DNA of 34,316 nucleotides from an uncultured Gammaproteobacteria bacterium (GTDB lineage Bacteria; Patescibacteriota; Patescibacteriia; 2-01-FULL-39-33): NCBI GenBank assembly GCA_964361645.1, contig CAYIBK010000003.1, positions 19,021 to 53,336 of the forward strand, read 5' to 3'. Shown piece by piece: positions 1 to 8,213 of this stretch (position 1 is its first letter; each line of letters starts with the position of its first letter). The notes under the pieces were generated by a model. It saw only the letters and a program-made list of their open reading frames with translations, ran no database searches and was not told where the DNA came from. The position numbers and the translations under genes were made by a program.

Positions 1-285
1 AAGATTTTTACTCTTGCGCCTAAGGTTCCCAAGCCAGCCAAAATAAATCAAAAGGACATAGAGAAAAAATTGCCAGAAGCGCCTAAGCCCTCATTTGAAC
101 CAATTCATAAATCATCCAATCTTAAAGTTGATTTTAAATATAGCGCTGGACAAAAAAAGAAGGGCCCAGGCTTTTTTGCTTGGTTAAAGAAGATTTTTAC
201 TCTTGCGCCTAAGGTTCCCAAGCCAGCCAAAATAAATCAAAAGGCCATAGAGAAAAAATTGCCAGAAGTGCCCAGGCCATCATTT
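1..285 (+). repeat. Intragenic direct repeat, period 189 bp (63 codons)
   Basis: 1-96 matches 190-285 at 91/96 nt (KIFTLAPKVPKPAKINQKxIEKKLPExPxPSF). Confidence 0.95.
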
Positions 286-975
286 ATGGAGCCATATAAA
301 GTTTTAGAAAAAACTAAAGAGAAATACCACACTGCTCCTAAATCAGAAAAATCAAAGCTCGATATCAATCTTATACCGCAAGAGCTTTTGTTTAGGAAAT
401 ATCCTCAAAGTCGCCAACAGATTGTTAGCATTATTTTATCAATAATTATTCCAGCTCTTATAATTACAACTACTTACATGTTTATTAGTCAGCAGCAACG
501 TAATATTCAAACAAAAATTTCTCAACTAAACAATGACAAGAATAATTTAATTTCTTATATCAGTCACTTTAAGGATATCCAGCAAAAAAATATCTTATTA
601 CAGGATAAATTATTAGCTATTGATAAATTACTTCAAAAACATATTTATTGGACGAAATTTTTCTCTTTACTAGAAAGATATACTCTGGATGACGTTTATT
701 ATACTGAATTTAAAGCTGATACTTCAGGAGAATTTATGTTGCCAGCTATTGCCGCCATTGGCAGCGGTAAGACAGTGGAAGAGCAAATAGCCGATAGTTA
801 TCGAAAAGCGGCCAATCAGATAGCGATCTTTAAGAAAGCAGCCGATTTTGTCAGCCAGATTAAGGTGGATAATTTAGAAGTGGTTAGTGGCGATAAAGCC
901 GGTGTTAAGGGTGTTAAATTTGAAATAAATTTAGCTTTAACCGATGGAGTTTTTACTAATGAAACTAATAAATAA
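1..975 (+). CDS. 5'-truncated PilN-like pilus assembly protein with Pro/Lys-rich repetitive N-terminal region
   Basis: Frame is open from base 1, so the true start lies outside the window. One TM helix (IVSIILSIIIPALIITTTYMFI), a coiled coil, then HIYWTKFFSLLERYTLDDVYY resembling PilN. It sits directly upstream of PilO-like and pilB genes. Confidence 0.65.
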   Translation, partial: KIFTLAPKVPKPAKINQKDIEKKLPEAPKPSFEPIHKSSNLKVDFKYSAGQKKKGPGFFAWLKKIFTLAPKVPKPAKINQKAIEKKLPEVPRPSFMEPYKVLEKTKEKYHTAPKSEKSKLDINLIPQELLFRKYPQSRQQIVSIILSIIIPALIITTTYMFISQQQRNIQTKISQLNNDKNNLISYISHFKDIQQKNILLQDKLLAIDKLLQKHIYWTKFFSLLERYTLDDVYYTEFKADTSGEFMLPAIAAIGSGKTVEEQIADSYRKAANQIAIFKKAADFVSQIKVDNLEVVSGDKAGVKGVKFEINLALTDGVFTNETNK

Positions 976-980
976 TTAAA

Positions 981-1062
981 GTAAGTTAGTAGTGTGTAGA
1001 AAGTAGGGTGTAGAAAGTTTAAAATAATTCTGCTAACTATCTACTACAAATCACAAACTAAT
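981..1062. repeat. Intergenic short-period repeat with imperfect inverted symmetry
   Basis: GTGTAGAAAGT at 994 and 1008 in a G-rich left arm, followed by a C-rich, loosely complementary right arm (TTCTGCTAACTATCTACTACAAATCACAAACTAA). Confidence 0.5.
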
Positions 1063-1068
1063 AAAAAT

Positions 1069-1701
1069 ATGCCAGAAATAAGAAAAAGAGAAATCAATAA
1101 TATTATTGAAACTCAAAATAATACCACTGAACCCAAGAAAAAATATACTACCGAAGCTTTAAATAAATATTTTAAGCTGGTTGTTATTTTAGTGGCAATT
1201 ATTATTCTAATAATTGGTTATTATTTAATTATTGTGCCCCAATGGGAACTGAAATCAGATCAAGAAAGATATTTGGTGGCTCTGCGAAATGAAGTTAATA
1301 AACTTAAGGCCGATAGTGATTTCTTAAGCAAATATTCCAGTAAAATAATTGAATTTACTCCCGAAGAGGAAAGAAAGCTTAATTTAGCCCTACCTAGTGA
1401 TTTTGATCTTTCTTCTATGATTATTCAATTAACTAAGTTGGCCAGTGAACACAGGTTTATAGTGGAAAATATCCAAACCGATGAGGTTCCAATTAGTGGC
1501 TTAAGTGATAGCAAAATAAAAAGAATTAACATCTCAATGACAATTAGCGGTTTGGGCGGAAATGATTATGGTAATTTTGGTAAATTTATTGAAGCCATGG
1601 AATCAAGCTTAATGATTTTTGATGTTAGGGCTATAAGCTTTACCCCTCAAGAAGCCGGTTATGATTTAGAATTATCCACTTATTATTATCCAGATAAATA
1701 A
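1069..1701 (+). CDS. PilO-like type IV pilus assembly protein
   Basis: N-terminal TM helix, coiled coil, then ALPSDFDLSSMIIQLTKLA and FIEAMESSLMIFDV, a PilO-like pattern. Located after the PilN-like gene. Confidence 0.7.
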   Translation: MPEIRKREINNIIETQNNTTEPKKKYTTEALNKYFKLVVILVAIIILIIGYYLIIVPQWELKSDQERYLVALRNEVNKLKADSDFLSKYSSKIIEFTPEEERKLNLALPSDFDLSSMIIQLTKLASEHRFIVENIQTDEVPISGLSDSKIKRINISMTISGLGGNDYGNFGKFIEAMESSLMIFDVRAISFTPQEAGYDLELSTYYYPDK

Positions 1702-1705
1702 AATT

Positions 1706-1993
1706 ATGATTTTGAACCCGAAAAAAATATCTAAAAGTTTCTGGATGATTATAATAATTGTTATAGTAATTTTTGCAATTTGTTGGTTTTTTTGGCCCAA
1801 TATCAAAAAATTAATTTTAGGGAGTGAATATCAAGCTGTTTCCACGCCACTCTCTGGTACTATCATCGATAAGAATTTAAAACAAAAAATAATATCAGAA
1901 TTAGAAAAATTAAGGCAATATGGCGAGTGGCCGATTTCTATTAGTAGCGAAAATCCCAACAGAGGAGATCCTTTTAAGTTAAAGCAACAATAG
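1706..1993 (+). CDS. Small single-TM pilus-associated protein
   Basis: 95 aa with an N-terminal TM helix and a C-terminal RGDPF motif (PilP-like RDPF). Tightly packed in the operon. Confidence 0.6.
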   Translation: MILNPKKISKSFWMIIIIVIVIFAICWFFWPNIKKLILGSEYQAVSTPLSGTIIDKNLKQKIISELEKLRQYGEWPISISSENPNRGDPFKLKQQ

Positions 1994-1996
1994 TTT

Positions 1997-3742
1997 ATGG
2001 ATCATAAAATAAAATTATTACAGTTAAAAAATTTTTTACTCCAAAAAAGTTTAATTACACCAGAGCAACTCTCTGAGGTTGAAAAAGAATTGGAAACTTC
2101 GGAAAAATCCCCGGAAGAAATTTTTATTGCTAAAAATATATTTTCTTCCAGTGAATTTGCCAAGATTAAGGGGCAGGCTTTTAATATGGAATCACTTAGC
2201 TTATCAGAGGTTAAGGTTCAAGCGGAGGTATTGAATTTACTTCCTCAAAAAGTAGCCAAGAACTATGAAATGGTAATTTTTGAGAGGCAGGACGATATTA
2301 TTAAGGTGGGTATGGTGAATCCACAGGATTTTAAGGCCCAGGAAGCAATAGAATTTTTAGCCGGACAACAGGGATTTGATCCCAAATATTTTTCTATTTC
2401 TTTGGATGATTACCAAAATATTTTTAGGCAATACAGTGGCTTCAAAAAAGAGATGGGCACAGCCTTAGAATCAGCCAAAGAAAAGTTTACTGAAGAGGAA
2501 AAGGAGGAGACGATGAGTATAGAAGAATCTAGTGATAACACTGATGTCATTAAATCTGCACCAGTGGCTAAAATAGTTTCGGTTATAATCCGGCACGCCG
2601 TTGAAGGTGGGGCCTCTGATATCCATATAGAGCCGAAACATCGTGAGGGTAGAGTGAGATATAGGATTGATGGTGTTTTACACACCACCATCACCTTACC
2701 AGACTATCTTTATAATGCTGTTATCTCCAGAATAAAGGTGTTGGCTAATTTAAGATTGGATGAAACCAGAAAACCACAAGACGGCAGAATTAGAATGAAA
2801 TTAAATGGCAATGAAATTGATTTAAGAGTTTCGGTTTTCCCCATGCTTAATGCCGAGAAAGTAGTTATGAGGGTTTTAGATACTTCCGCTGGTATACCAA
2901 ATTTAGCTGAATTAGGATTTAGTGATTATCATATTAAAATAATAGATAATAATATTACCAAGCCGCATGGCATTTTTCTTTTGACTGGCCCAACCGGCAG
3001 TGGTAAAACCACAGCTCTTTATTCCGTGTTAGCTATGTTAAACGGCGAAAATGTTAATATTTTAACCCTAGAAGATCCAATAGAATATTACATCGAGGGC
3101 ATTAATCAATCTCAAATTGTTCCAGAAATAGGCTTTACTTTTGCCTCTGGTCTTAGGGCTATTCTACGCCAAGATCCTAATATTATAATGGTGGGAGAAA
3201 TAAGAGATAATGAAACAGCCGAGTTAGTTGTTCATGCTGGACTTACTGGTCATTTGGTTTTTTCAACCCTTCATACTAATAGTGCTTGGGGGGCGATTCC
3301 CCGTTTGATTGATATGAAAGGAGAAGCTTTTTTACTAGCCTCAACTCTAAATATTTTAATGGCTCAGCGCTTAGTTAGAAAAATTTGTCCTAACTGCAAA
3401 CAGGAAACTAAATTGCCACCAGCCACAGAAAAAGTGATTATGAAAGAAATAGAAAATATACCAAATCAATATTTAAGCGACTTCGCTAGTAAATATAGTT
3501 TTTATAAAGGGGCTGGATGTGCTTATTGTGGCAAGACTGGTTATTACAGTCGAACAGTTATCGCTGAAATATTGGAAATTAACAGTGAATTTAGGGATTT
3601 AATAGCCAGTGATTTTACTATGGATAATGTTAGAGCAATGATGAAAAAACAGGGTTTTGTAACTTTGATGCAAGATGGTATTATTAAAGTGCTCAAAGGT
3701 ATTACTACGGTAGAAGAAGTAATGAGAGCTTCCCAAAGTTAA
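1997..3742 (+). CDS. pilB: Type IV pilus assembly ATPase PilB/GspE
   Basis: ASDIHIEP, Walker A GPTGSGKT, EDPIEY, LRQDPNIIMVGEIRD, His box GHLVFSTLHTN, and Zn motif CPNC...CAYC. Confidence 0.95.
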   Translation: MDHKIKLLQLKNFLLQKSLITPEQLSEVEKELETSEKSPEEIFIAKNIFSSSEFAKIKGQAFNMESLSLSEVKVQAEVLNLLPQKVAKNYEMVIFERQDDIIKVGMVNPQDFKAQEAIEFLAGQQGFDPKYFSISLDDYQNIFRQYSGFKKEMGTALESAKEKFTEEEKEETMSIEESSDNTDVIKSAPVAKIVSVIIRHAVEGGASDIHIEPKHREGRVRYRIDGVLHTTITLPDYLYNAVISRIKVLANLRLDETRKPQDGRIRMKLNGNEIDLRVSVFPMLNAEKVVMRVLDTSAGIPNLAELGFSDYHIKIIDNNITKPHGIFLLTGPTGSGKTTALYSVLAMLNGENVNILTLEDPIEYYIEGINQSQIVPEIGFTFASGLRAILRQDPNIIMVGEIRDNETAELVVHAGLTGHLVFSTLHTNSAWGAIPRLIDMKGEAFLLASTLNILMAQRLVRKICPNCKQETKLPPATEKVIMKEIENIPNQYLSDFASKYSFYKGAGCAYCGKTGYYSRTVIAEILEINSEFRDLIASDFTMDNVRAMMKKQGFVTLMQDGIIKVLKGITTVEEVMRASQS

Positions 3743-3770
3743 TTATTATTAATAATAATTTATATATACT

Positions 3771-4166
3771 ATGAGTAAAAAGAATAACATTCCAATTTTA
3801 ATTATAGAAGATGATATTTTTTTGGCCGATCTTTATCGGACAAAGTTTGATTTGGAGGGTTTTGATGTTTATGTGGCCTATGATGGAGAAAAGGGTTTGG
3901 AATTAATTTCTAAAAAGAAGCCAGCAGTAATTCTTTTGGATTTGATTTTGCCCAAGATAAACGGTTTTGTAGTTTTGGAGACGATTAAAAAAGATAAAAA
4001 ATTAAAGGACATCCCTATTATTCTGCTTACTAATTTAAGCCAAAAAGCTGATGTGGAAAAGGGCTTGAGTTTGGGGGCGACCGATTATCTCATTAAAGCT
4101 CATTTTATGCCATCAGAAGTAGTGGCTAAAATAAAAGATTTAGTAAAAGACAAGAACATTAGTTAA
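3771..4166 (+). CDS. Stand-alone response regulator receiver protein
   Basis: ILIIEDD, LLDLILPKING (phospho-Asp), LLTN and DYLIKA motifs. No output domain. Confidence 0.93.
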   Translation: MSKKNNIPILIIEDDIFLADLYRTKFDLEGFDVYVAYDGEKGLELISKKKPAVILLDLILPKINGFVVLETIKKDKKLKDIPIILLTNLSQKADVEKGLSLGATDYLIKAHFMPSEVVAKIKDLVKDKNIS

Positions 4167-4186
4167 TATATTTCAAGAGTAATTTT

Positions 4187-5257
4187 ATGTCGGTAGGTAA
4201 AGAATTAACCATCAAAAGTATTTTAACTGATGCGGTAAAAAGGGGAGCTTCTGATCTCCATTTTTCGGTTGGCAACAATCCGATTTTAAGGATCTATGAT
4301 CAATTGATTTCTTTAGATGATCAGGAGATAATCACCCAAGAATTTATGCAGGAGTTTGTTGATTTTTTACTTGATGATTATAAAAAAAATAAATTATTAA
4401 CTAATCGTGAGATTGTTTTGGCTTATAATTTTGATAATAATTTAAGGTTTAAAATTAATATTTTTTATCAGAAGGGTTTCTTGTCCGTCTCTTTAAGATA
4501 TATACCGTATCAGGTTCCAACTCTGGAATCATTAAAATTAAATTCTATTTTGTCTAAATTAGTTAAGAGAAAAAATGGATTAATAATAGTATCTGGTCCG
4601 TTTGGTTCTGGTAGATCCACCACCATCGCCGCCCTAATCGAAGAAATAAATCGTTCTAGGAAAGAATACATTATAACCATTGAAGATCCAATTGAGTATG
4701 TTTTCACCAATAATAAAAGTATTATTGAGCAAAGAGAGGTGGGAGTTGATACTAATTCATATGAAGAAGCTTTGAAATATTTTGAAGAAGAGGATGGAGA
4801 TGTTCTGTTTTTGGAGAGGATTAATAAACCAGAAATCATACCGGCAGTTTTAGAAATTGCCCGGGGTAGTTCTTTGGTATTGAGCGCTGTAAGTGCCGAT
4901 TCGGCTTCCAATACGATAGCCATGATTTTGGATATGTTTCCGGATTACGATCAAAAGCGCATTAGGGATTTACTCTCCACCTCGTTACAAGCTGTAATTT
5001 GTCAGAAAATTATACCAAAAATAGGCGGTGGAGTGGTTGTAGTTCAGGAAATATTAGTAACCAATGAAGCGGTTAAATCCATTATTTTAAGTGGTAATAT
5101 AAGCGGACTAGACAATATAATCCAAACTTCCAGAAAGGAGGGCATGATATCGTTCAATTATGCCTTGTCAGAGCTGGTTAAATCAACGCAAATTTCCCGA
5201 GAGGACGCTCTAGATAATGCTACAGACAGAAAATTATTAGAATCACTTTTAAGATAA
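4187..5257 (+). CDS. pilT: PilT/PilU-family ATPase-like protein with degenerate catalytic motifs
   Basis: ASDLHFSVG, ITIEDPIEY, IEQREVG and GM motifs are present. Walker A reads GPFGSGRST, and Walker B and the His box are altered. Confidence 0.85.
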   Translation: MSVGKELTIKSILTDAVKRGASDLHFSVGNNPILRIYDQLISLDDQEIITQEFMQEFVDFLLDDYKKNKLLTNREIVLAYNFDNNLRFKINIFYQKGFLSVSLRYIPYQVPTLESLKLNSILSKLVKRKNGLIIVSGPFGSGRSTTIAALIEEINRSRKEYIITIEDPIEYVFTNNKSIIEQREVGVDTNSYEEALKYFEEEDGDVLFLERINKPEIIPAVLEIARGSSLVLSAVSADSASNTIAMILDMFPDYDQKRIRDLLSTSLQAVICQKIIPKIGGGVVVVQEILVTNEAVKSIILSGNISGLDNIIQTSRKEGMISFNYALSELVKSTQISREDALDNATDRKLLESLLR

Positions 5258-5340
5258 ATCCAGACCCACTTTTTCACTTTGATAAAAAAATTTTATTACC
5301 ACCAACAGCCGCATCTTTATTTTTAAAGTAGCGCTAGGTA
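5258..5340. repeat. Degenerate intergenic copy of the pilin-leader palindromic element
   Basis: Left arm ATCCAGACCCACTTTTT matches 7027-7043 at 15/17. A decayed right arm AAAGTAGCGCTAGG sits at a similar distance (~82 bp). Confidence 0.6.
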
Positions 5341-5351
5341 AATTTAAATCA

Positions 5352-6563
5352 ATGTCTTTATTTTCATACAAAGCTAAAAATGAAAAAAATCAGCTAATCG
5401 AGGGAGTGATCGATGCTATATCGGAAGATGTGGTAGTGACTTTACTTTTGGAAAAAGGATTATCTATTATAGAGATTAAGAAACAAAGTTCTAAGGATTT
5501 TGAAAATCAAATCTTGAGTTTTTTAAATAGAGTAAAAATCAGGGAAAAGGTTATATTTTTTCGGCAACTGTCGGTGATGATTGATGCTAATTTGCCCATT
5601 GTTAAAGCCCTTAGGATATTAGTCAAACAGGCTAATAATAAATATTTCAAATCTATCATATCGGGCATTGCTGATGAAGTGGATGGTGGCGCCAAATTAT
5701 CCCAAGCCATGGCTGTTTATCCCAATGCTTTCAGTGATTTTTATACTAATATAGTAGCTTCTGGTGAAACTTCAGGCCGTTTAAGTGAAGTTATGAATTA
5801 TTTAGCTGATCAGCAGGAAAAAGATTATGATCTGCAATCAAAGGTAAGGGGAGCTATGATTTATCCAGCCTTTATTTTGTCTGGTTTATTTGTGGTTGGA
5901 TTAATAATGATGATTTTTGTAGTTCCTCAAATAACTCAAATGTTGAAGGATTCCGGCGTACCCCTGCCACTAATGACCAGAATTTTACTATGGGCGTCAG
6001 ATTTTTTTAGATATTATTGGTGGTTAGTGATTATATCTATAGCTATAGTTATTAGTGGATTTTGGTTTATTACTCATAAAACCATAAAAGGTAGAAAAAT
6101 TTTTGATTTATTTAAAATAAAAGTCCCTGTTTTTGGCAAGATTGCTATTAATGTTTATGTGGTTAGAATAACTAGAAGTCTGTATACCTTGCTTAAAGGC
6201 GGGGTGTCGGCCTCACGAGCTCTAAAAGTTGTCAGACGCGTGGTGGGCAACACTGTTTACGAGGAGATGCTTGATCAAACCATTAAGGATGTTGATGAAG
6301 GTAGTTCTTTGGCTAGTAGTATTATAGCCAACAAATATGTGCCAATTTTAGTTTCACAGATGATAAGTGTGGGTGAGGAAACGGGCAAATTAGAGGATGT
6401 TTTAGAAAGATTAACCGAATTTTATAGCCGGGAGATAGATAATTCCGTGACTAATTTGTCAACTCTAATAGAACCAGTAATTATGATAATTCTAGGAATT
6501 ATAGTTGGTGCATTTGTAGCAGCAGTTATAATGCCAATGTGGCAATTGTCAGCGGCGTTTTAA
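5352..6563 (+). CDS. pilC: Type IV pilus platform protein PilC/GspF
   Basis: FFRQLSVMIDA, GETSGRL, AMIYP and VGEETGKL...IEP motifs, i.e. two T2SSF domains. Confidence 0.95.
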   Translation: MSLFSYKAKNEKNQLIEGVIDAISEDVVVTLLLEKGLSIIEIKKQSSKDFENQILSFLNRVKIREKVIFFRQLSVMIDANLPIVKALRILVKQANNKYFKSIISGIADEVDGGAKLSQAMAVYPNAFSDFYTNIVASGETSGRLSEVMNYLADQQEKDYDLQSKVRGAMIYPAFILSGLFVVGLIMMIFVVPQITQMLKDSGVPLPLMTRILLWASDFFRYYWWLVIISIAIVISGFWFITHKTIKGRKIFDLFKIKVPVFGKIAINVYVVRITRSLYTLLKGGVSASRALKVVRRVVGNTVYEEMLDQTIKDVDEGSSLASSIIANKYVPILVSQMISVGEETGKLEDVLERLTEFYSREIDNSVTNLSTLIEPVIMIILGIIVGAFVAAVIMPMWQLSAAF

Positions 6564-6575
6564 TCAAAGCACATC

Positions 6576-6818
6576 GTCATTGCGAACGCAGTGAAGCAAT
6601 CCCACGAAAAATACACGAGATTGCTTCGTCGTTTCACTCCTCGCAATGACAAGTGGCATCATTGCAATCCCATGTTTTTCTCGCCGTCATTGCGAAGAAT
6701 GAAGCAATCTCATGTTTTTCTCGCCGTCATTGCGAAGAATGAAGCAATCTCATGTATATTTTGATGAGATGGCTTTTCCCACTTTCATGAGAACAGCTAA
6801 GGACTCTATCGCAATGAC
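6576..6818. repeat. REP-like palindrome cluster 1 (GTCATTGCGA...TCGCAATGAC) with a 40-bp tandem duplication
   Basis: Complete palindromic unit at 6576-6650. Exact 40-bp tandem at 6671-6710/6711-6750. Closing TCGCAATGAC at 6809-6818. Confidence 0.9.
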
Positions 6819-6858
6819 AGTTATCTTTATTTATGTTTTATGTGTTTTAGTGTTTCTA

Positions 6859-6867
6859 TGATATAAT
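6859..6867 (+). promoter_or_regulatory. Extended -10 promoter for major pilin
   Basis: TGATATAAT (TGnTATAAT) about 140 nt upstream of the pilin ATG. Confidence 0.55.
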
Positions 6868-7008
6868 GCATTTAGGTTGTGGATATTGTCTAAAAAATTA
6901 AAAGGTCGAAAAAAATGTCTAGAATTCTTGGTTGGAGAAGGTTTCCAATTCGGGTTTTCATCCACTCGAGTGGACAAAAATCAATAAAAAATTAATTAAT
7001 TTAGATTT

Positions 7009-7509
7009 ATGAACAAAAAAGGTTTTATCCAGCACCACTTTTTAAATAGTGATACTGGTAACAAATTCAACATCTCTAGTTTATTAAAAGTAAAAAGTGG
7101 TGCTGGATTTACTTTAATTGAACTTCTGGTTGTTATTGCGATTATCGGCATGCTTTCTTCACTGGCTGTTGTTTCTTTAAACACCGCTAGAAATAAGGCT
7201 CGAGATGCGCAAATCAAGAGTGATTTATCACAATTTAGGACTTATACCGCTGTGACTTATGATACGGGTGTATTTACTGGTTTAACTATAGGTGCTGTAA
7301 CTCCAGCTATTACTCCGCCAGCATGTAGTCAAGCCGCTTACTTAGTTGTTATTGGTAGCGACCCTGTTAATGGTGGTACTGATACAGCCTGGGCTGCTTA
7401 TGCTGCTTTATGTGCTGGAACAAACTATTTCTGTGTTGATTCTAGTGGTCAAGCTAAGGAAAGTGCCACCATTCCAACTACTGCTTCTCCGATTTGTCCT
7501 ACACCATAA
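7009..7509 (+). CDS. Type IV major pilin-like protein with extended leader
   Basis: G|FTLIELLVVIAIIGMLSSLAVVSLNTARNKARDA and C-terminal cysteines (FCVDSSG). Has its own promoter and terminator. Confidence 0.92.
   Translation: MNKKGFIQHHFLNSDTGNKFNISSLLKVKSGAGFTLIELLVVIAIIGMLSSLAVVSLNTARNKARDAQIKSDLSQFRTYTAVTYDTGVFTGLTIGAVTPAITPPACSQAAYLVVIGSDPVNGGTDTAWAAYAALCAGTNYFCVDSSGQAKESATIPTTASPICPTP
7027..7110. mobile_element. 84-bp in-frame MITE-like palindromic insertion in the prepilin leader
   Basis: Perfect 18-bp inverted repeat at 7027-7044 / 7091-7108. Flanked by GGTTTTA (7021-7027) and GGATTTA (7105-7111). Confidence 0.7.
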
Positions 7510-7530
7510 CTTTTATCTGATATTTGATAT

Positions 7531-7569
7531 AATTCCACATCTTTTTTGGAAGATGTGGGATTTTGGTTT
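7531..7569 (+). terminator. Intrinsic terminator after pilin
   Basis: TTCCACATCTT-loop-AAGATGTGGGA followed by TTTTGGTTT. Confidence 0.7.
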
Positions 7570-7583
7570 AAAGGTGTGATTTG

Positions 7584-7592
7584 TGGTATAAT
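7584..7592 (+). promoter_or_regulatory. Extended -10 promoter for downstream pilD/minor pilin genes
   Basis: TGGTATAAT immediately after the terminator. Confidence 0.55.
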
Positions 7593-7605
7593 ATGAAGTA
7601 GTCAG

Positions 7606-7698
7606 AAAGTTTTTAAAGTTTATAAAGTCAAAAGTGTTTTTAGGAGATTATTTTTTAAAATACTTTATAAACTTTTAACTTTACAAACTTTATGAACT
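7606..7698. repeat. Inverted array of ~9-nt repeats (AAAGTTTAT / ACTTTATAA)
   Basis: Perfect 14-bp IR: AAAGTTTATAAAGT 7615-7628 and ACTTTATAAACTTT 7662-7675, with extra degenerate units on both arms. Confidence 0.75.
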
Positions 7699-7705
7699 AA
7701 TATTT

Positions 7706-8113
7706 ATGCCCAAGAAAAGAAAAATTAAAATTATAATTTATAGTATTTTGTTGGTTTTAGCCGTTGCCCTGCTGATTGGTTGGTTTTTTTATAATTCAGT
7801 TAAGAGTCGAGATTATGAAAGATTGGGAGATATGAGAGTTTTGGAATCAGAAATAAACAGTTATTTTTTTAAATTTAATACTTACAAAATCCCCGAGTGT
7901 AGCGAGGGTATGCTGATAAATTTTTGTACTGGCCGTGGCGATAAAACCTTAAATGTTTCTAATATAATCGATCCGGTTAATTCTAATAATTTACGGTATA
8001 TATTGGTACAGATGACAAATGATAATTTTAGAGTAGAGTTTTATTTGGAAGGGAGTTTAGTGGGATTACCAAGTGGTAAATATGCCTTGACTAAAGAAGG
8101 ACTGGGAAGGTAA
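7706..8113 (+). CDS. Pilin/GspG-like single-TM protein lacking a canonical cleavage motif
   Basis: Basic N-terminus, TM helix, then KSRDYERLGDMRVLESEINSYF resembling the pilin alpha1-C helix, and an IDP motif. Confidence 0.6.
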   Translation: MPKKRKIKIIIYSILLVLAVALLIGWFFYNSVKSRDYERLGDMRVLESEINSYFFKFNTYKIPECSEGMLINFCTGRGDKTLNVSNIIDPVNSNNLRYILVQMTNDNFRVEFYLEGSLVGLPSGKYALTKEGLGR

Positions 8114-8120
8114 ATTCAAA

Positions 8121-8205
8121 AATTTTCAATTTTCAATTTCTAAACAATTAATTAATTTAATAATTTTAAAATTGTTTGAAAATTGAAAATTAGAAATTGA
8201 AAATT
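8121..8205. repeat. Gene-less inverted heptad-repeat cassette
   Basis: Left arm AATTTTC-AATTTTC-AATTTCT-AAACAAT (8121-8148). Right arm 8171-8205 matches 12713-12747 at 32/35. Confidence 0.8.
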
Positions 8206-8213
8206 AATACTCA

